64,000 nt of DNA from Mobula hypostoma. Lineage: Eukaryota. Location of the stretch: positions 42,720,001 to 42,784,000 of the forward strand of contig NC_086108.1 in NCBI RefSeq assembly GCF_963921235.1. The letters run 5' to 3'. Below, in pieces: positions 14,110 to 26,430 of this stretch. A program made the position numbers and the translations under genes. The notes below the pieces were generated by a model. It was not told where the DNA came from and searched no databases. It saw only the letters and a program-made list of their open reading frames with translations. The first letter of the stretch is position 1, and the number at the start of each line of letters is the position of its first letter.

Positions 14110-15660
14110 TCATCTCAGGAAATGAATAAACAATCGATATTTCAGGTTGAGACCCTTCTTCAGGACTGGAAAGGAAGGGAGAAGACACCAGAAAAAGAAA
14201 GGTGGGGGAGGGGAAGGAGAATAGCTTGAAGATGATAGGTGAAGCCAGGTGGGTGGGATAGGTAAAGGGCTGGAGAGGAAAGAATCTTACAGGAGAGGAG
14301 AGTGGACCATAGGGGAAAGAGAAGGAGGAGGGGATCCAGGGAGAGGTGACAGGCAGGTGAGAAGAGGTGGAGGCCAGAGGGGAGGAGGAGGGAAATTTTT
14401 CCTTTCTGAAAGGAGAAATTAATATTCATGCCATCAGGTTGGAGGCTACCCAGATGGAATATATAGTGTTACTCCTCTACCAAAAGGAATATAAATTTAT
14501 AGGAGAGAGGGTGGGAAGAAGTATAGTCAAGAAGGCTGTGGGAATTGATAGGTTTATAAAAGATGCCAGTAAACAGTTTGTCTTCAGAGATGGAGACAAG
14601 AGATCAAGAAAGGGCAGAAATAGACCAAATGTAAAAATCTTTGGGAACAAAATTTACAGACTTCAATTTTTGAGGAAACTTGGAATCAAATTTTTAAATT
14701 GGTTAACACTTCATTGTTATGTGCCCACCACTCTCTTCTACAATTTAAAGTGGTCCATAGGGCCCACATGACCAAGGATAAGTTGTCTCGTTTTTATTTA
14801 GATATATCTCCATATTGTGATAAATGTAATAATGGAGAAGCTTCACTCATTCATATGTCTTGGACACGTCCGAGTCTTGGAAAATAATGCAAAGAAGTAT
14901 TTCAAACTTTCTCGATACTTTTTGAAGTAAACTTTAAGCCTAATCCTTTGACTGCTTTATTTGGTATTGTTGGAGGAAAGAATATTATGTTGGGGTCATC
15001 TGACTTACACATTTTGGCTTTTATTTCTCTCAGGGCCAGAAGGACGCTCTTGCTTAAGTGGAAAGATGCGGCCCCTCCTATTCACCCCCAATGGTTACGT
15101 GATGTGATGTCATGTTTAAATTTAGAGAAGATTCGATGTTCAATCTCTGAATCGAGCCAAGACTTTCAAACATTGTGGGGACCTTTTTTGAATTATTTTC
15201 AAAACCTTTGATTTGCTGTTAAAGCACAGATGATAACTAATAATTTTGTTTTCCTTTTTTTCTTTACTAACCAGCTTCGGTCTTGGTAGTGGGTTAGGTT
15301 TTTTTAAAATAATAAAATTACTATATTTTAATGTTACGAATTAATTAATCCATATGAATATAGGGTTAGGAGTCTTTATATGCCATTTAGTATAATGTAC
15401 TGATATTTTTTTTCTGGTACTCTGTATTCTTATATGTAAAATTAATAATAAAAATATTGGAAAAGAAATAGACCAAATGAATTTAAGGGCAGGGTGGAAG
15501 TTGGAGGCAAATTTGATTAAATTGACAAGCTTAGCAAGAGTGCATGAAGCAGTACCAATGTGGTCATCAATGTAGCACAGCCAGAGCTGGGGAACATTAC
15601 CAGGGAAGGCTTGGAACATGGACTGTTTTATGCAGGTAACAAAAAAAAAAACAGGCTTCG
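14110..15660 (-). mobile_element. Penelope-like element fragments (pseudo-LTR with decayed hammerhead; RT YIDD region)
   Basis: WLCYIDDHIG...FHPALKFIWSIS at about 15480-15600; hammerhead-like motif at about 14133-14168. Confidence 0.75.
14632..15463 (+). mobile_element. L1-clade 3' fragment inserted in a Penelope-like element
   Basis: HSLLQFKVVHR..CDKC..H C-terminus; 16-bp TSD AGAAATAGACCAAATG (14616-14631, 15464-15479). Confidence 0.88.
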
Positions 15661-16134
15661 CATAGTTATATTGCAATGCAGGTAATTTGCTCTTAGCCTG
15701 CTCCCAAACAGTAAACAGCAACGTGTTAATGATTTGATAAACCATTTTAGTGACATTGATTAAAGAAGAAGTATTGTATAGATCTATGAAAAGACTCCCC
15801 ACTTGTCCGAAAAATATAACCAGAGATTTACCTGACCTGAAGAGGTCAGAAGTTATTTTGGTTTGAGAGACTCATTTGTGATGCGACAAGGTTCTCTAAC
15901 TATGGCATTGGAAAAATGAAAGTGATCCTATGTTGAATCAAAATGTTTTCTACCTTTCGAAGGCAAGAACGCTGATTGGCTAAATCACAGATGGCACAAC
16001 TCACGATCTGCAAGTACATTTTGGATCCCTATAACTTTATTTTGTTCTGTGCTGCCATCTTCCCTAGCTGTTCCTGTTTTAGGCATGTGTTTCTTTGGAA
16101 AACAACCTGGATTATTTGTACAAGATGCTCAGAC

Positions 16135-16520
16135 ATAAGACCATAAGACATAGAGCAGAATTATTTGTACAAGATGTTCAGTCATAAAACCATAAGACAG
16201 AGCAGAATTAGGCTATTTGGCCCATTGAGTCTGCTCCACCATTCCATCATGGCTGACCTACTGTCCCGCTTGAATCCATTTTCCTGCCTTCTCCCCATAA
16301 CCTTTGATGCCCTTATTAATCAAGAACCTAGACCTATCAACTTCTGCTTTAAATATACCCAATGACTTAGCCTCCACAGCCACAGATTCCACACCCTCTG
16401 GCTAAAGAAATTCCTCCTCGCTGCTGTTCTAAAGGGACGTCCTTCTATTTTGATGCTATGACCTCCAGTCCAAGGTTCCCTCACTACAGGAAACATCCTC
16501 TCCACAAGCACTCTAGGCCT
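16135..16520 (-). mobile_element. CR1 3' fragment with a local ~50-bp tandem duplication at its tail
   Basis: RRNFFSQRVWNLW; atttgtacaagatg...agagcagaatta occurs twice at 16111-16210. Confidence 0.75.
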
Positions 16521-17349
16521 TTCATCCATCATGTAGTTCAGGATAAAGTTCTCTGTTCTGTGCGGGCTGCCAACAAGGTGCATTGCACGCGAGTAGGTCT
16601 TTGAAGCAAAGCTACTTAAGTATAAGACAGAGAAAAATAAACAAGATGGGAATAATTAAAGAAAGCAGGGTTTTGCGTGAAGCAGGAACAACTATCCTGG
16701 TGTTATAAATACTTTGCAACCAAGATTGCTCAGAGGAAATGTGCAGAAGTCCAGGCCTGGTGAAACATGCTGTCATTTCCATATTCCCACGTGTCTAGCA
16801 CTTTCTCCCCATCATGGGACAATCCAGACATCCTTCATTATTGTCAACAGTATTACTTGGCTCCTTTCACCATGCATGGCAGAAATCCTACCCTCTTTCT
16901 GGTGCCACTTTGACTCATTGCTGGAACTCGATGATGTCAACTCTTTAATGCAATGTCACATCGGTAAAATGGTTGAACAATTTTCAAGGCACACGCATGA
17001 CCCTCTCTTCCAAGACCAAACTGATGAAGGAACATTATTCCAACACTTGAAAATGCAAACAAACTATACAATTAAATAATTGAAAGGAAAATCCAGAACA
17101 TTGTTATACAAATTAGACAATAGATACGGATTTCAATGAATCAACGACAGGCTTTATTTTTTGCTCTTTTATCTACCTGACAACCAGACTACAAGCAGCT
17201 TGGTTTTCAATAACAATCGGGGGATAAATCAGTTTAAAAATGGCCTATCATCCTGGTATTCCCCAGTGTTGCTTCATTATTATAGCTTAACTTACTATCT
17301 CTTCAACTGTCCATTTATATTCCTAGCATTCCTAAACATTGCATTGATT

Positions 17350-18425
17350 TCTAAGTTCAAAGTAAATTTATTATCAAAGTACATGTATGTCACCATACAC
17401 AAGCCTGAGATTCATTTTCCTGTGGGCAATCACATTAAATACAAGAAGCACAATAGAATCAATGGAAAAAAACAATGTGAGCAACCTGAGCAAATACAAA
17501 AATTTAAAAAGTAATAATAATATTAAACAAATAAGCAACAAATATATAGACAATGAGATGAAGAGTCACTGAAAGTTACTACAAAGTTGTGGGAACAGTT
17601 TAGTGATGGAGCGGGTGAAGTTGAGTAATGGGTTCAAGTTTATGGGTAATAACTGAACCCGAACCTGGTGGTGTGGGCCCTGAGGCTCCTGGTGGAAGCA
17701 GCAAGAAGAGAGCATGATCTGCGTGATGGGGTCCCTGATGACAGATGCTGCTCTCCTGGAACAGTACTTTGTGTAGATGTGATCAGTGGTGGGGGGAAGG
17801 GGAGGGAACATCACGTCGACTCAGACCTAGAGAGGACTGCGTCGGGCATTTTCATGCCTTACAAGGCTCAGTGGTGGGGCGGGCTTTACCTGTGATGGAC
17901 TGGGTCATATCCACTACTTTTTGTAGGCATTTCCCTTCAAGTGCATTGGTGTTCCGTACCAGGCCATGATACAACCAATCAATATACTATCCACCACACG
18001 CCTATTGACCTTTGTCAAAGTTTTAGATGACATGCCAATTCTTCACAAATTTCTAAGGAAGTAGAGATGCTGCCATGCTTTCTTTGTAATGACACTTATG
18101 TGCTGGCCCCTGAAATAACAACACTGAGGAATTTAGCCTTTAAATTCCTCTGATCCCCCGATGAGGATAATGGACCTCTAGTTTCCTCCTCCTATAGTCA
18201 ATAACCAGCTCTTGGTCTTGCTGACATTGAGTAAGAGGTTGTTGCTATGGCACCAGTCAGCCAGATTTTCAGTCTCTCTCCTATATGTCACCACCTTAGA
18301 TTCGGCTAAGGACAGTGATGTCATCAGCAAACTTAAATATGGTGTTGGAGCTGTACTTAGCCTCACAGTCATAAGAATAAAGAGGGCTAAGCATACAGCT
18401 TTGTGGTACACCAGAGCTGATGGAA
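17350..18425 (-). mobile_element. Rex1/Babar-type LINE 3' fragment
   Basis: ENLADWCHSNNLLLNVSKTK and the Rex1-type 3' region. Confidence 0.7.
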
Positions 18426-18544
18426 ACTTTTCCTGTCTATTATTTTAATCTTCTTTCTACTCTCCCAATTTTTTGCTGTTTGCCTCAGTAAGAAAGCTTT
18501 CCTTTCTGCCAAAAATAATGAAAAAAGAAATCAGAAAGATGTAT

Positions 18545-19470
18545 GTCACACAAAATGCTTGGAGGAACAGCATCTAAAGAGAGGAATAAACAGTCACCGT
18601 TTTGGGCTGAGACCCTTCATCAGTACTGAAAAGGAAGGGGAAGAGCCAGAATAAGAATGGGGGGGCGGTGGAAAGGAGAGGGAAAGAAGTACAAACTGGC
18701 AGGTAATGGTGAAACTAGGTGAGGGGAAATGTGGGTGGGTGGGGCAGGGGGATGTAGTGAGAAGCTGGGAGGTGACAGGTGGGAAAGACAAAAGGCTGAA
18801 GCAGAAGGAATCTGATAGGAGAGGAATGTGGACAATGAGAGAAAGGAAAGGATGAGGTCTCCAGAGGGAGGTGATGGGCAGATGAGGAGAGGAGAAGGAG
18901 TAGAAGGGAAGTCAGGATAGGGAATAGATAAAGAGATAAAGGGATTCCGATATGGCCTCCTCCACTGTTGGGATAAGGCCACACTTAGGTTGGAGGAACA
19001 CACCTTATATTCCATTTGGGTAGCCTCCAACCTGATGTCATGAACATCAATTTCTCTAACTTCCAGTAATGCCGCCACAACCCCATCCCCAACCTTCACC
19101 ATTTCCCATCCCCTTGCCCCTCTCTTTTGTTATCTCCTTGCCTGCCCATCGCCTCCCTCTGGTGCTCTTCCTCCCCTCCCCCCAACTTTTCTTTCTTCCA
19201 TGGCCTTCTGTCTCTTTCACCAATCAACTTCCCAGCTCTTTGCTTCATCCCTCCCCCTTCAGGTTTCACCTATCACCTTGTGTTTCTCTCTGCCTTTCCC
19301 CACCTTTCAAATCTACTCCTCAGCTTTTTTTTCTCCAGTCCTGCCAAAGGGTTTTGGCCCATAATGTCGTCTGTACTTTTTTCCATAGATGCTGCCTGGC
19401 TTGCTGAGTTCCTCCAGCATTTTGCGTACGTTGCCCAGATTTCCAGCATCTGCAGACTTTCTCTTGTTTG
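18545..19470. mobile_element. Penelope-like pseudo-LTR pair in inverted orientation
   Basis: Purine-rich minus-strand copy followed by a pyrimidine-rich plus-strand copy, each ending in a decayed hammerhead and the gatgctgcctg...ccagcatctgcag tail. Confidence 0.75.
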
Positions 19471-20959
19471 GAATAAGAGCTGCATGTTTGGATAACCCCA
19501 CAATAAAAGTGATAGAGTGGAAAGCCCGCCCTGTAACTCACTCATTTTGTTTGTGCTGTTCTAGTGTGTGGTTGTTGTTGTTGTCTCTTCACTCCTTAAC
19601 TTGCTTCTCCATGGGTTAAACTACACTTTCGACTTTGAATCCCATGCTTTCACATCAGACTGCTGAATGTGTATTATTAGATGCTTAGGGAAGCAGCAAA
19701 TTGGAGCATTATGAAATTCAGCTCATCCTTTGTAGAATTAAGCCTTTCAGAAACTCAGCCTTAAGTTATACGAAAAGAGAAAATAATTAGATAACAAAGA
19801 AAAATAGGTAATTTCATCAAATATCTGGTGATCACATCAATGGTATAATAAGTACCAAGCTTATCTTAATTGCATAGGCCACAAGGACCAAATAATCAGT
19901 TTCTATGCTGCATAGTCTATATAATTATGTGCATTGTGTCAGTTTTATTCATGTGATATGCAGGCATTGTGTCCTCAGATGTCACACATTCTCTGTGTAT
20001 GGCAGGGATGTCATTGCCAGCAGCTAACTTCAGGAGAAGCAATTAGGAATTGTTGAAAACTCCAGGTAGATTCTGAGGTGGGAATTACCATCATAAGTGT
20101 ATTTTGACTCTGCTTTTCACCATTAGTTTGAGCTACTCTTAGTTATTTGACCATTCTTAATGTAAAGTTATGGCAGTTTCCCTGCACCAGCTGTTCAGCT
20201 CTGGAGCAGACATAATATACTTCAAATGTGTAAATTCTGTGCATTCAAACCACAATCACAACCTGCATTTCCGTAGCACCAAATAAAGCCTGACACTGAG
20301 AGATTAGGGTGAAATAAAGAGTTAGATTCTTAAGAAATGCTTAAATGAGAAAAGAGCAAGGGCCCAGCAGGAAAGGAAAACTCAGGTGATGGGTGAGAGG
20401 TAGGCAAAGGTACAGATAGCAATGACAAAACTCAAGGGGCCAGAATAGGATAAACAGAGTCATATTGGAGGATTATAGAATCAGATGTTACCGATGTTGT
20501 GGCAAGCCTGGTAATGTTATCACTAAAAGTGATGCTGGAGCAAGGATTACTGTAGGTCATAAAGCACATTGGTAATTGGTGAGGTGAATCTGATGCAAGT
20601 TAGGATGCTAGGAGTAGATTATTAGACAAACAAGTTTAAGGTGGGGATGATGAGAGAAAAGATGTGGATATGAATTTTAGCAGTAAATAATTTGAGGAAG
20701 AGGAAGAGGAGGAAATAGGTGGCTGTAGTTATGTCTGTATGGCCAAGACCTCATGTTAGAGCAAATTCAGATGATGTCTGTGAATGAGCTGAATGCCATG
20801 GGGTGAGGTAAATGTGATGAAAATGTTTGTGGTGTGACTGGAGTTTGAAGTGGAGCGATATGCCCTGTTCTATATCCCTCAGGGTACACAGAAGACACGC
20901 TCAATGACTGAGTCATTGATGCACTTCCCAGATTGAAAGAAAATAACAAAAAGCTAGAA

Positions 20960-21945
20960 TCACAAGATATTCTGTAGATGCTGGAAATCAGAGGAACACA
21001 CACAAAATGCTGGAGGAGCTCAGTGGGTCAGGCAGCATCTGTGGAAAGGGATAAGTAGTCAGCATTTCGGGCCCTGACCTGTCAACAGGACTGGAACAGA
21101 AACATAGAAACATAGAAAATAGGTGCAGGAGTAGGCCATTCGGCCCTTCGAGCCTGCACCGCCATTTATTATGATCATGGCTGATCATCCAACTCAGAAC
21201 CCTGCCCCAGCCTTCCCTCCATACCCCATGATCCCCGTAGCCACAAGGGCCATATCTAACTCCCTCTTAAATATAGCCAATGAACTGGCCTCAACTGCTT
21301 CCTGTGGCAGAGAATTCCACAGATTCACCACTCTCTGTGTGAAGAAGTTTTCCCTAATCTCGGTCCTAAAAGGCTTCCCCTTTATCCTCAAACTGTGACC
21401 CCTTGTTCTGGACTTCCCCAACATCGGGAACAATCTTCCTTCATCTAGCCTGTCCAATCCCTTTAGGATTTTATACGTTTCAATCAGATCCCCCCTCAAT
21501 CTTCTAAATTCCAACGAGTACAAGCAGTAGGTAATGCATCCATTAGAAGGAGGAGAAAGCCAGATTAAGAAGGTGGGGGAAGAGGAAGAAGTACAAGCAG
21601 TAGGTGAAGACAGATGGGTGGGGACAAGGTTCAAAGTGAGGAGCTGGGAGGTGACAGATGAAAAAGGTAAAGGGCTGAAGAAGAAGGAATCTGACAGGAG
21701 AAGAGGCCGAGCCATCGGAGAAAGGAAAGGAGGGGCAGGTGATGGGGAGGTGAGGAGGGGAGCCAGAATGGGGAATGGAAGAAGAGTGAAGCGGGAGGTT
21801 GGAGGCCACCCAGACAGAATATGTGGTGTTGCTCCCCTAACCTGAGAGTGCCCTCATCATGGCAATACAAGAGGCCAGGGGCAAACATGTCAGAATGGGA
21901 ATGGGGATTGAAATTAAAAATGGCTGACCACTGGGAAATCCTATT
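20960..21945 (-). mobile_element. Penelope-like pseudo-LTR interrupted by a CR1 3' end (about 21097-21523, minus)
   Basis: Same tail family as above; the insert reads YSLEFRRLRGDLIETYKI with an (agaaacat) tail. Confidence 0.78.
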
Positions 21946-22399
21946 TGTTACAATACCTGTCAGTTGATATAAACTAGATTCTTCCACAGCAGATTTTATT
22001 AAGCAATTAATCCCAAGAAGTTGGCCTTTAATCATACCTCTGCCTGTCTGTAGCCACTTGACAGCAAACAGCAAATCTGCAAAACAGGTATCGTTTTTCT
22101 TAGGTCAGTGATGGGCTGTGGGCTAAGAAATATTCCAATGTCACATACCTATTGCACTAAAAAAAAAGGGGGATATTTTGGGTGGTGTTGTGGCAACAGT
22201 GCTGATTAGTACATTCTTTTTTTTAAAAAACAGATGACTACAGCACTAGTGCATCTTGGTTTTTCCCTGTTCTGTTTCCTCTCAACCAACCCATAGGTCA
22301 CTCAAAATAAGCATAACTTCACTTTTTCCATTCCAGAGATACCTTAAGCCACAAATGTGTCTTGTCATGCCTCATAGCGAACACAAAAATGATGAAGAT

Positions 22400-23040
22400 A
22401 AGTTCCTGGGTGTCAAGATCTCTGAGGATCTAACCTGGTCCCAACATACCAATGCAGTTATAAAGAAGGCAAGACAGCGACTATACTTCATTAGGCATTT
22501 GAAGAGATTTGGTACGTCAACAAATACATTCAAATACATTTTGACAGACTGCATCACTGTTTGGTATGGGGGGGGGGGCTACTGCACAGGACTGTAAGAA
22601 GCTGCAGATGGTTGTAAATTTAGTCCACTACATCTTGGGTACTAGTCTGCAAAGTACCCAGGACATCTTCAAGAAGCCATGTCTCAGAAAGGCAGCGTCC
22701 ATTGTTAAGGACCTCTAGCACCCAGGGCATGCCCTTTTCTCACTGTTACCATCAGGTAGGAGGTACAGAAGCCTGAACACACACACTCAGCGATTCAAGA
22801 ACAGCTTCTTCCCCTCTGCCATCCGATTCTTAAATGGACATTGAACCCCTGAACACCACCTCACTTTTTTAAAGGATATTATTTCTGTTTTTTGCACGAT
22901 TTTTAATCTATTCAATCTAAGTATACTGTAATTGATTTTTTTTTCCTTCTTCTATATTATGTATTGCATTGAGCTGCTACTGCTAAGTTAAAAAAGTTCA
23001 GGACACGTGTCAATGATAATAAACCTGATTCTGATTCTGA
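22400..23040 (+). mobile_element. Rex1/Babar-type LINE 3' fragment
   Basis: KFLGVKISEDLTWSQH...KKARQRLYF; near-copy of 60575-61279; (GATTCT) tail. Confidence 0.88.
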
Positions 23041-23520
23041 TACACATGAATATTTTTCAGGATGGATACAAAAGGATATGTCCATCCCTGAAAACAACTA
23101 GAGTTCATAATAGAATAAAGAATGTGAACAAGTGAAAACTGAGCTCATCTAGACCATATTTGGTGCAATAACCAATTTAACTCTACTCAGTCCATTAAAA
23201 TCAATTGTTCATATTCATCAGAAAAATTTTGGAAACATAAGAAACATTTCAGAATGAGACCACATTTTGCTTCTCGAACCTTTTCCACCACTCCATCGCT
23301 CAGCATGAGTATCACCAAGTCCTCTGTCCTCAAAATCGTGGCCGTCACCACGGACCAGAAACTCAATTAGACAAGTCACATAAATGTTGACATTACCGGA
23401 GAATGAGTATCCATTCCATCATCTACTAGAAGATGGGTATCCTTTCCACCATCCACAAGGGAGATTAAGATTGTGATGGACACTCTCCATTTGTCTGGAT
23501 GAATGTCGGTCTAATTTTTT

Positions 23521-23826
23521 TTAGGCATCCGTTAGTCTTGCGAGACCATGGATCTGTGCTTGGAAAGTCTTCACTCTCCAGGGAGCAGGCCTGGGCAAGG
23601 TTGTTGGAAGACTGGCAGTTGCCCATGCTGCAAGTCTCCCCTCTCCACGCCACCGATGTTGTCCAAGCAAAGGGCAAGAGCCAATACAGCTTAGCACCAG
23701 TGTCGTCGCAGAGCACTGTGTGATTAAGTGCCTTGTTCAAGGGCACAACACGTTGCCTCGGCTGGGCTCGAACTCACGACCTTCAGATCATCTGTCGAAT
23801 GCCTTAACCACTTGGCCATGTGCCCA
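23521..23826 (-). mobile_element. tRNA-derived SINE
   Basis: Minus-strand head GGGCACATGGCCAAGTGG (A box)...GAGTTCGAGCCC (B box); second copy at 63010-63312. Confidence 0.8.
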
Positions 23827-25984
23827 CACTCAGACTGTAGGTCTAATAAGAATGAAGAAATTTGACACCATCTTGGACAAATAAACTGACTTGATTGGCA
23901 ATCAATCCATCACCCTAAACAGCAATTCCCTATGGTGCTAGTTATTCATGGCAGCTGCATCTACAATCAAGTTACCTCCCAGGTTGTAACTAAGCACAGA
24001 AAAATGGATTATTGCAAAGACTCTCAAAGAAATGTAAAGGAAGAGATGCTTTGTTACAGACATAAAGGCATTGTCAATTGGAATGAGCCAAATAGTGCTG
24101 GATGTAGATGATGGTTTCAAAGGGAACCACTGAAGTTCTGGAGAATTTACGCTAAGCTAATTAAATAAATCTGAAAACAAATCCTAGAATTGGTCAGGGT
24201 GACTATGAAACCGACTGATAATTTTATAAATTTGTCAGATTCACTCATTCTCTTTCAATAAACACAAATAAAGTTGCATAGCAGCTAATTGTTTTATGGA
24301 ACAATTAATTGAGGAAGACTGAATGTATTGCTCGGCTTCATATAGTTCAACGAAATAAATCGAAATTCCCAGAGCTATCCTCTTAAAATGTTATACTCCT
24401 TCAATGCTGTGCTATAAAATTTACATGTCCATAATACATTCACATTTTAGTGTTGAGTCTTTGATCAGAGATGGATATGCTATTAACTGAGTCAAGTTAG
24501 TGCATTTGAAAATATTTTTTTAAAACCAGAGGGGAGTAAGGGCAATAAAAATATTACATGAAGAGTGTATTAAGCAAAGGGACCATTAGGGATAGCAAAA
24601 TAGTGACAAAGGAGGGAAAAAAAACCAAACATAGAATGCCTGAAAAGAAAAACAAAATCATTGCCGCTATCTGTTTTCTCATCTAATGAAATCTTAATGT
24701 CTGTATGTCCTTCCTAGAGCTTTACAGCCTAAAGACAAGGATAGTACAATGTAACTGAGCAACAGAAGTTAGTGTTGGATCCTTGGTATTTACAGTATGT
24801 AATTGGAAGATATTAACAATATTGTTGCACTTATTAGTGTAAAATGTTACAACATAGAGAAGGACAACTTATCTCATCTAGGCAATTCCCATATTTACTC
24901 CATTTCCAATTCCTCTTGTTTAGTAAAGTTTCCAATATTCAGTCTTTCACAAATAACTTTAAAATATATTGAATTCAAGTTAAGCAATTGGTGGCACATT
25001 CTGAACTCTTGGAGTACATATCCCATTTTCACCTGTCTGTCATTTCTAACGTGCTCTTTCATTGGTGCCATTCTGTCCAACAGAAACAATCTATCACTGG
25101 AATCTAAAGTACAGGAGGAGGCCATTCAGCCTCCTAAACCTGTTCTACCTCCTAATAGGACCCCCTGAATGTTAGTAGTGGTGGAATTCAGAAATGGTAA
25201 TGGCAATGGATGTCAGAGGAAAGGAGTCAGACTCACTCTTGTGGCAATTGTTTGGTTCTTTCAGGTCTTGCATGCTATTGACCATACATCAGCCCATGTC
25301 TGCCTTTATCCACATGACTACTACTGTATCTGTAATGCACTGTAAATGGACTTCAATATTGTAGAGAGAGTGCAATCAATCACTGTTCTGGCCTTAGTGG
25401 AAGGCAAGTCATTAAGGAAACAGCTGAAGATGGTTGGGTTGAGTAGCCTGCCTGCCATAAGAAACACTTACAGTGACGTCCAAGGGTTAAAATAGGAGAT
25501 GGAAGTCTGAAGCCGAAAATAGAAAATGTTGGAAATGCACAGTAGGACAAACAGCATCTGTGAAAACATTTCAGCTTGAAGAGCCTTTGTCAGAACTAGG
25601 GAAGAGAAAAAACAACTTGATTTTAAGTTGCAGTCTGGTTAGGGGAAGGGGTATCAAGGACAAGGAATACATCTGATAGTGAGGCTGGGATTGTCCAGAT
25701 GGCTTAAATGGGGCAGTTGGATAGAGAGACATGAAATGAACTTTCTTCCTCTCTGCCCAACTGCTTGATCTGCTGAGTTCTTCCAGCAGATTATTTTTGC
25801 TTTAGATTGAGCACCATTTATTGTCCAATTCTGCTCTAATCTGGTCATCCCTGAACTTCAAGCATACTGTGAAAATAATTTAATCTCAAATTTCTCTTCG
25901 TTACCTTAACCCTCGAGTGGTGATTTTCTGTCTGGAGAGAGACAGGAAAGGTGTTAATCAACACAAGTAATGCAAGTATCTGAG

Positions 25985-25992
25985 TATATAAA
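25985..25992 (+). promoter_or_regulatory. Possible TATA box upstream of the FNDC7-like start codon
   Basis: TATATAAA about 260 nt upstream of the ATG in non-repeat sequence; position is the only support. Confidence 0.25.
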
Positions 25993-26251
25993 CCTTGTCA
26001 AATAAATAACTGCAGTTAATACCGGATATTAATTAGAAATTACTTTTGGTAAATTGGTCTTGGATAGAGAGTTTCTAAAGAGGTGGATCCCCGGGATATT
26101 TTCTGACTGCCTGATTGGTTCTTGGAGAATGTGTTGGTGATAGTTTCCTTCTCCAAACACTTCAAAAGAATCATCTTGTCCTTTGGGGGTTTATTTGCAT
26201 TCAAAGACCTGTCATCCCAGCCACTATTTGAGCTCCATGTAAAGAAATGCA

Positions 26252-26305
26252 ATGGAGATTGTAAATTCATTGAGAATATGCTTAATATTAACAACTCTCT
26301 ATCAG
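26252..26305 (+). CDS. FNDC7-like gene, coding exon 1 (signal peptide MEIVNSLRICLILTTLYQ)
   Basis: ATG at 26252 in gcaATGG context, 54 nt, hydrophobic N-terminus, donor CAG|gtaaac; splices in frame to the downstream exons. Confidence 0.8.
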
Positions 26306-26411
26306 GTAAACAGTTTACTGATCGTTTTTTTTAAGTTAACATTTGGAGAATGCCTGTTGTATTGCTAAAGGATAGAATAATTCAAAACCACCTGTTTTCC
26401 TCTTTCTGCAG

Positions 26412-26430
26412 GTATCGTATTGCCATTCCG
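26412..26430 (+). CDS. FNDC7-like gene, 19-nt micro-exon 2 (VSYCHS-G)
   Basis: Polypyrimidine tract ttttcctctttctgcag and donor CCG|gtaagt; converts phase 0 to phase 1, as the next FN3 exon requires. Confidence 0.82.

Noticed and set aside
16714..17079. 121-aa ORF in apparently unique sequence
   Set aside because: Non-ATG start, no motif, no convincing splice sites on either strand.
18594..19619. Cluster of overlapping Pro/Ser/Leu-rich ORFs
   Set aside because: Artefact of the pyrimidine/purine-biased Penelope pseudo-LTRs.
23760..23826. tRNA-like sequence
   Set aside because: It is the head of a SINE: body and tail are attached and a second copy exists; not called as a tRNA gene.
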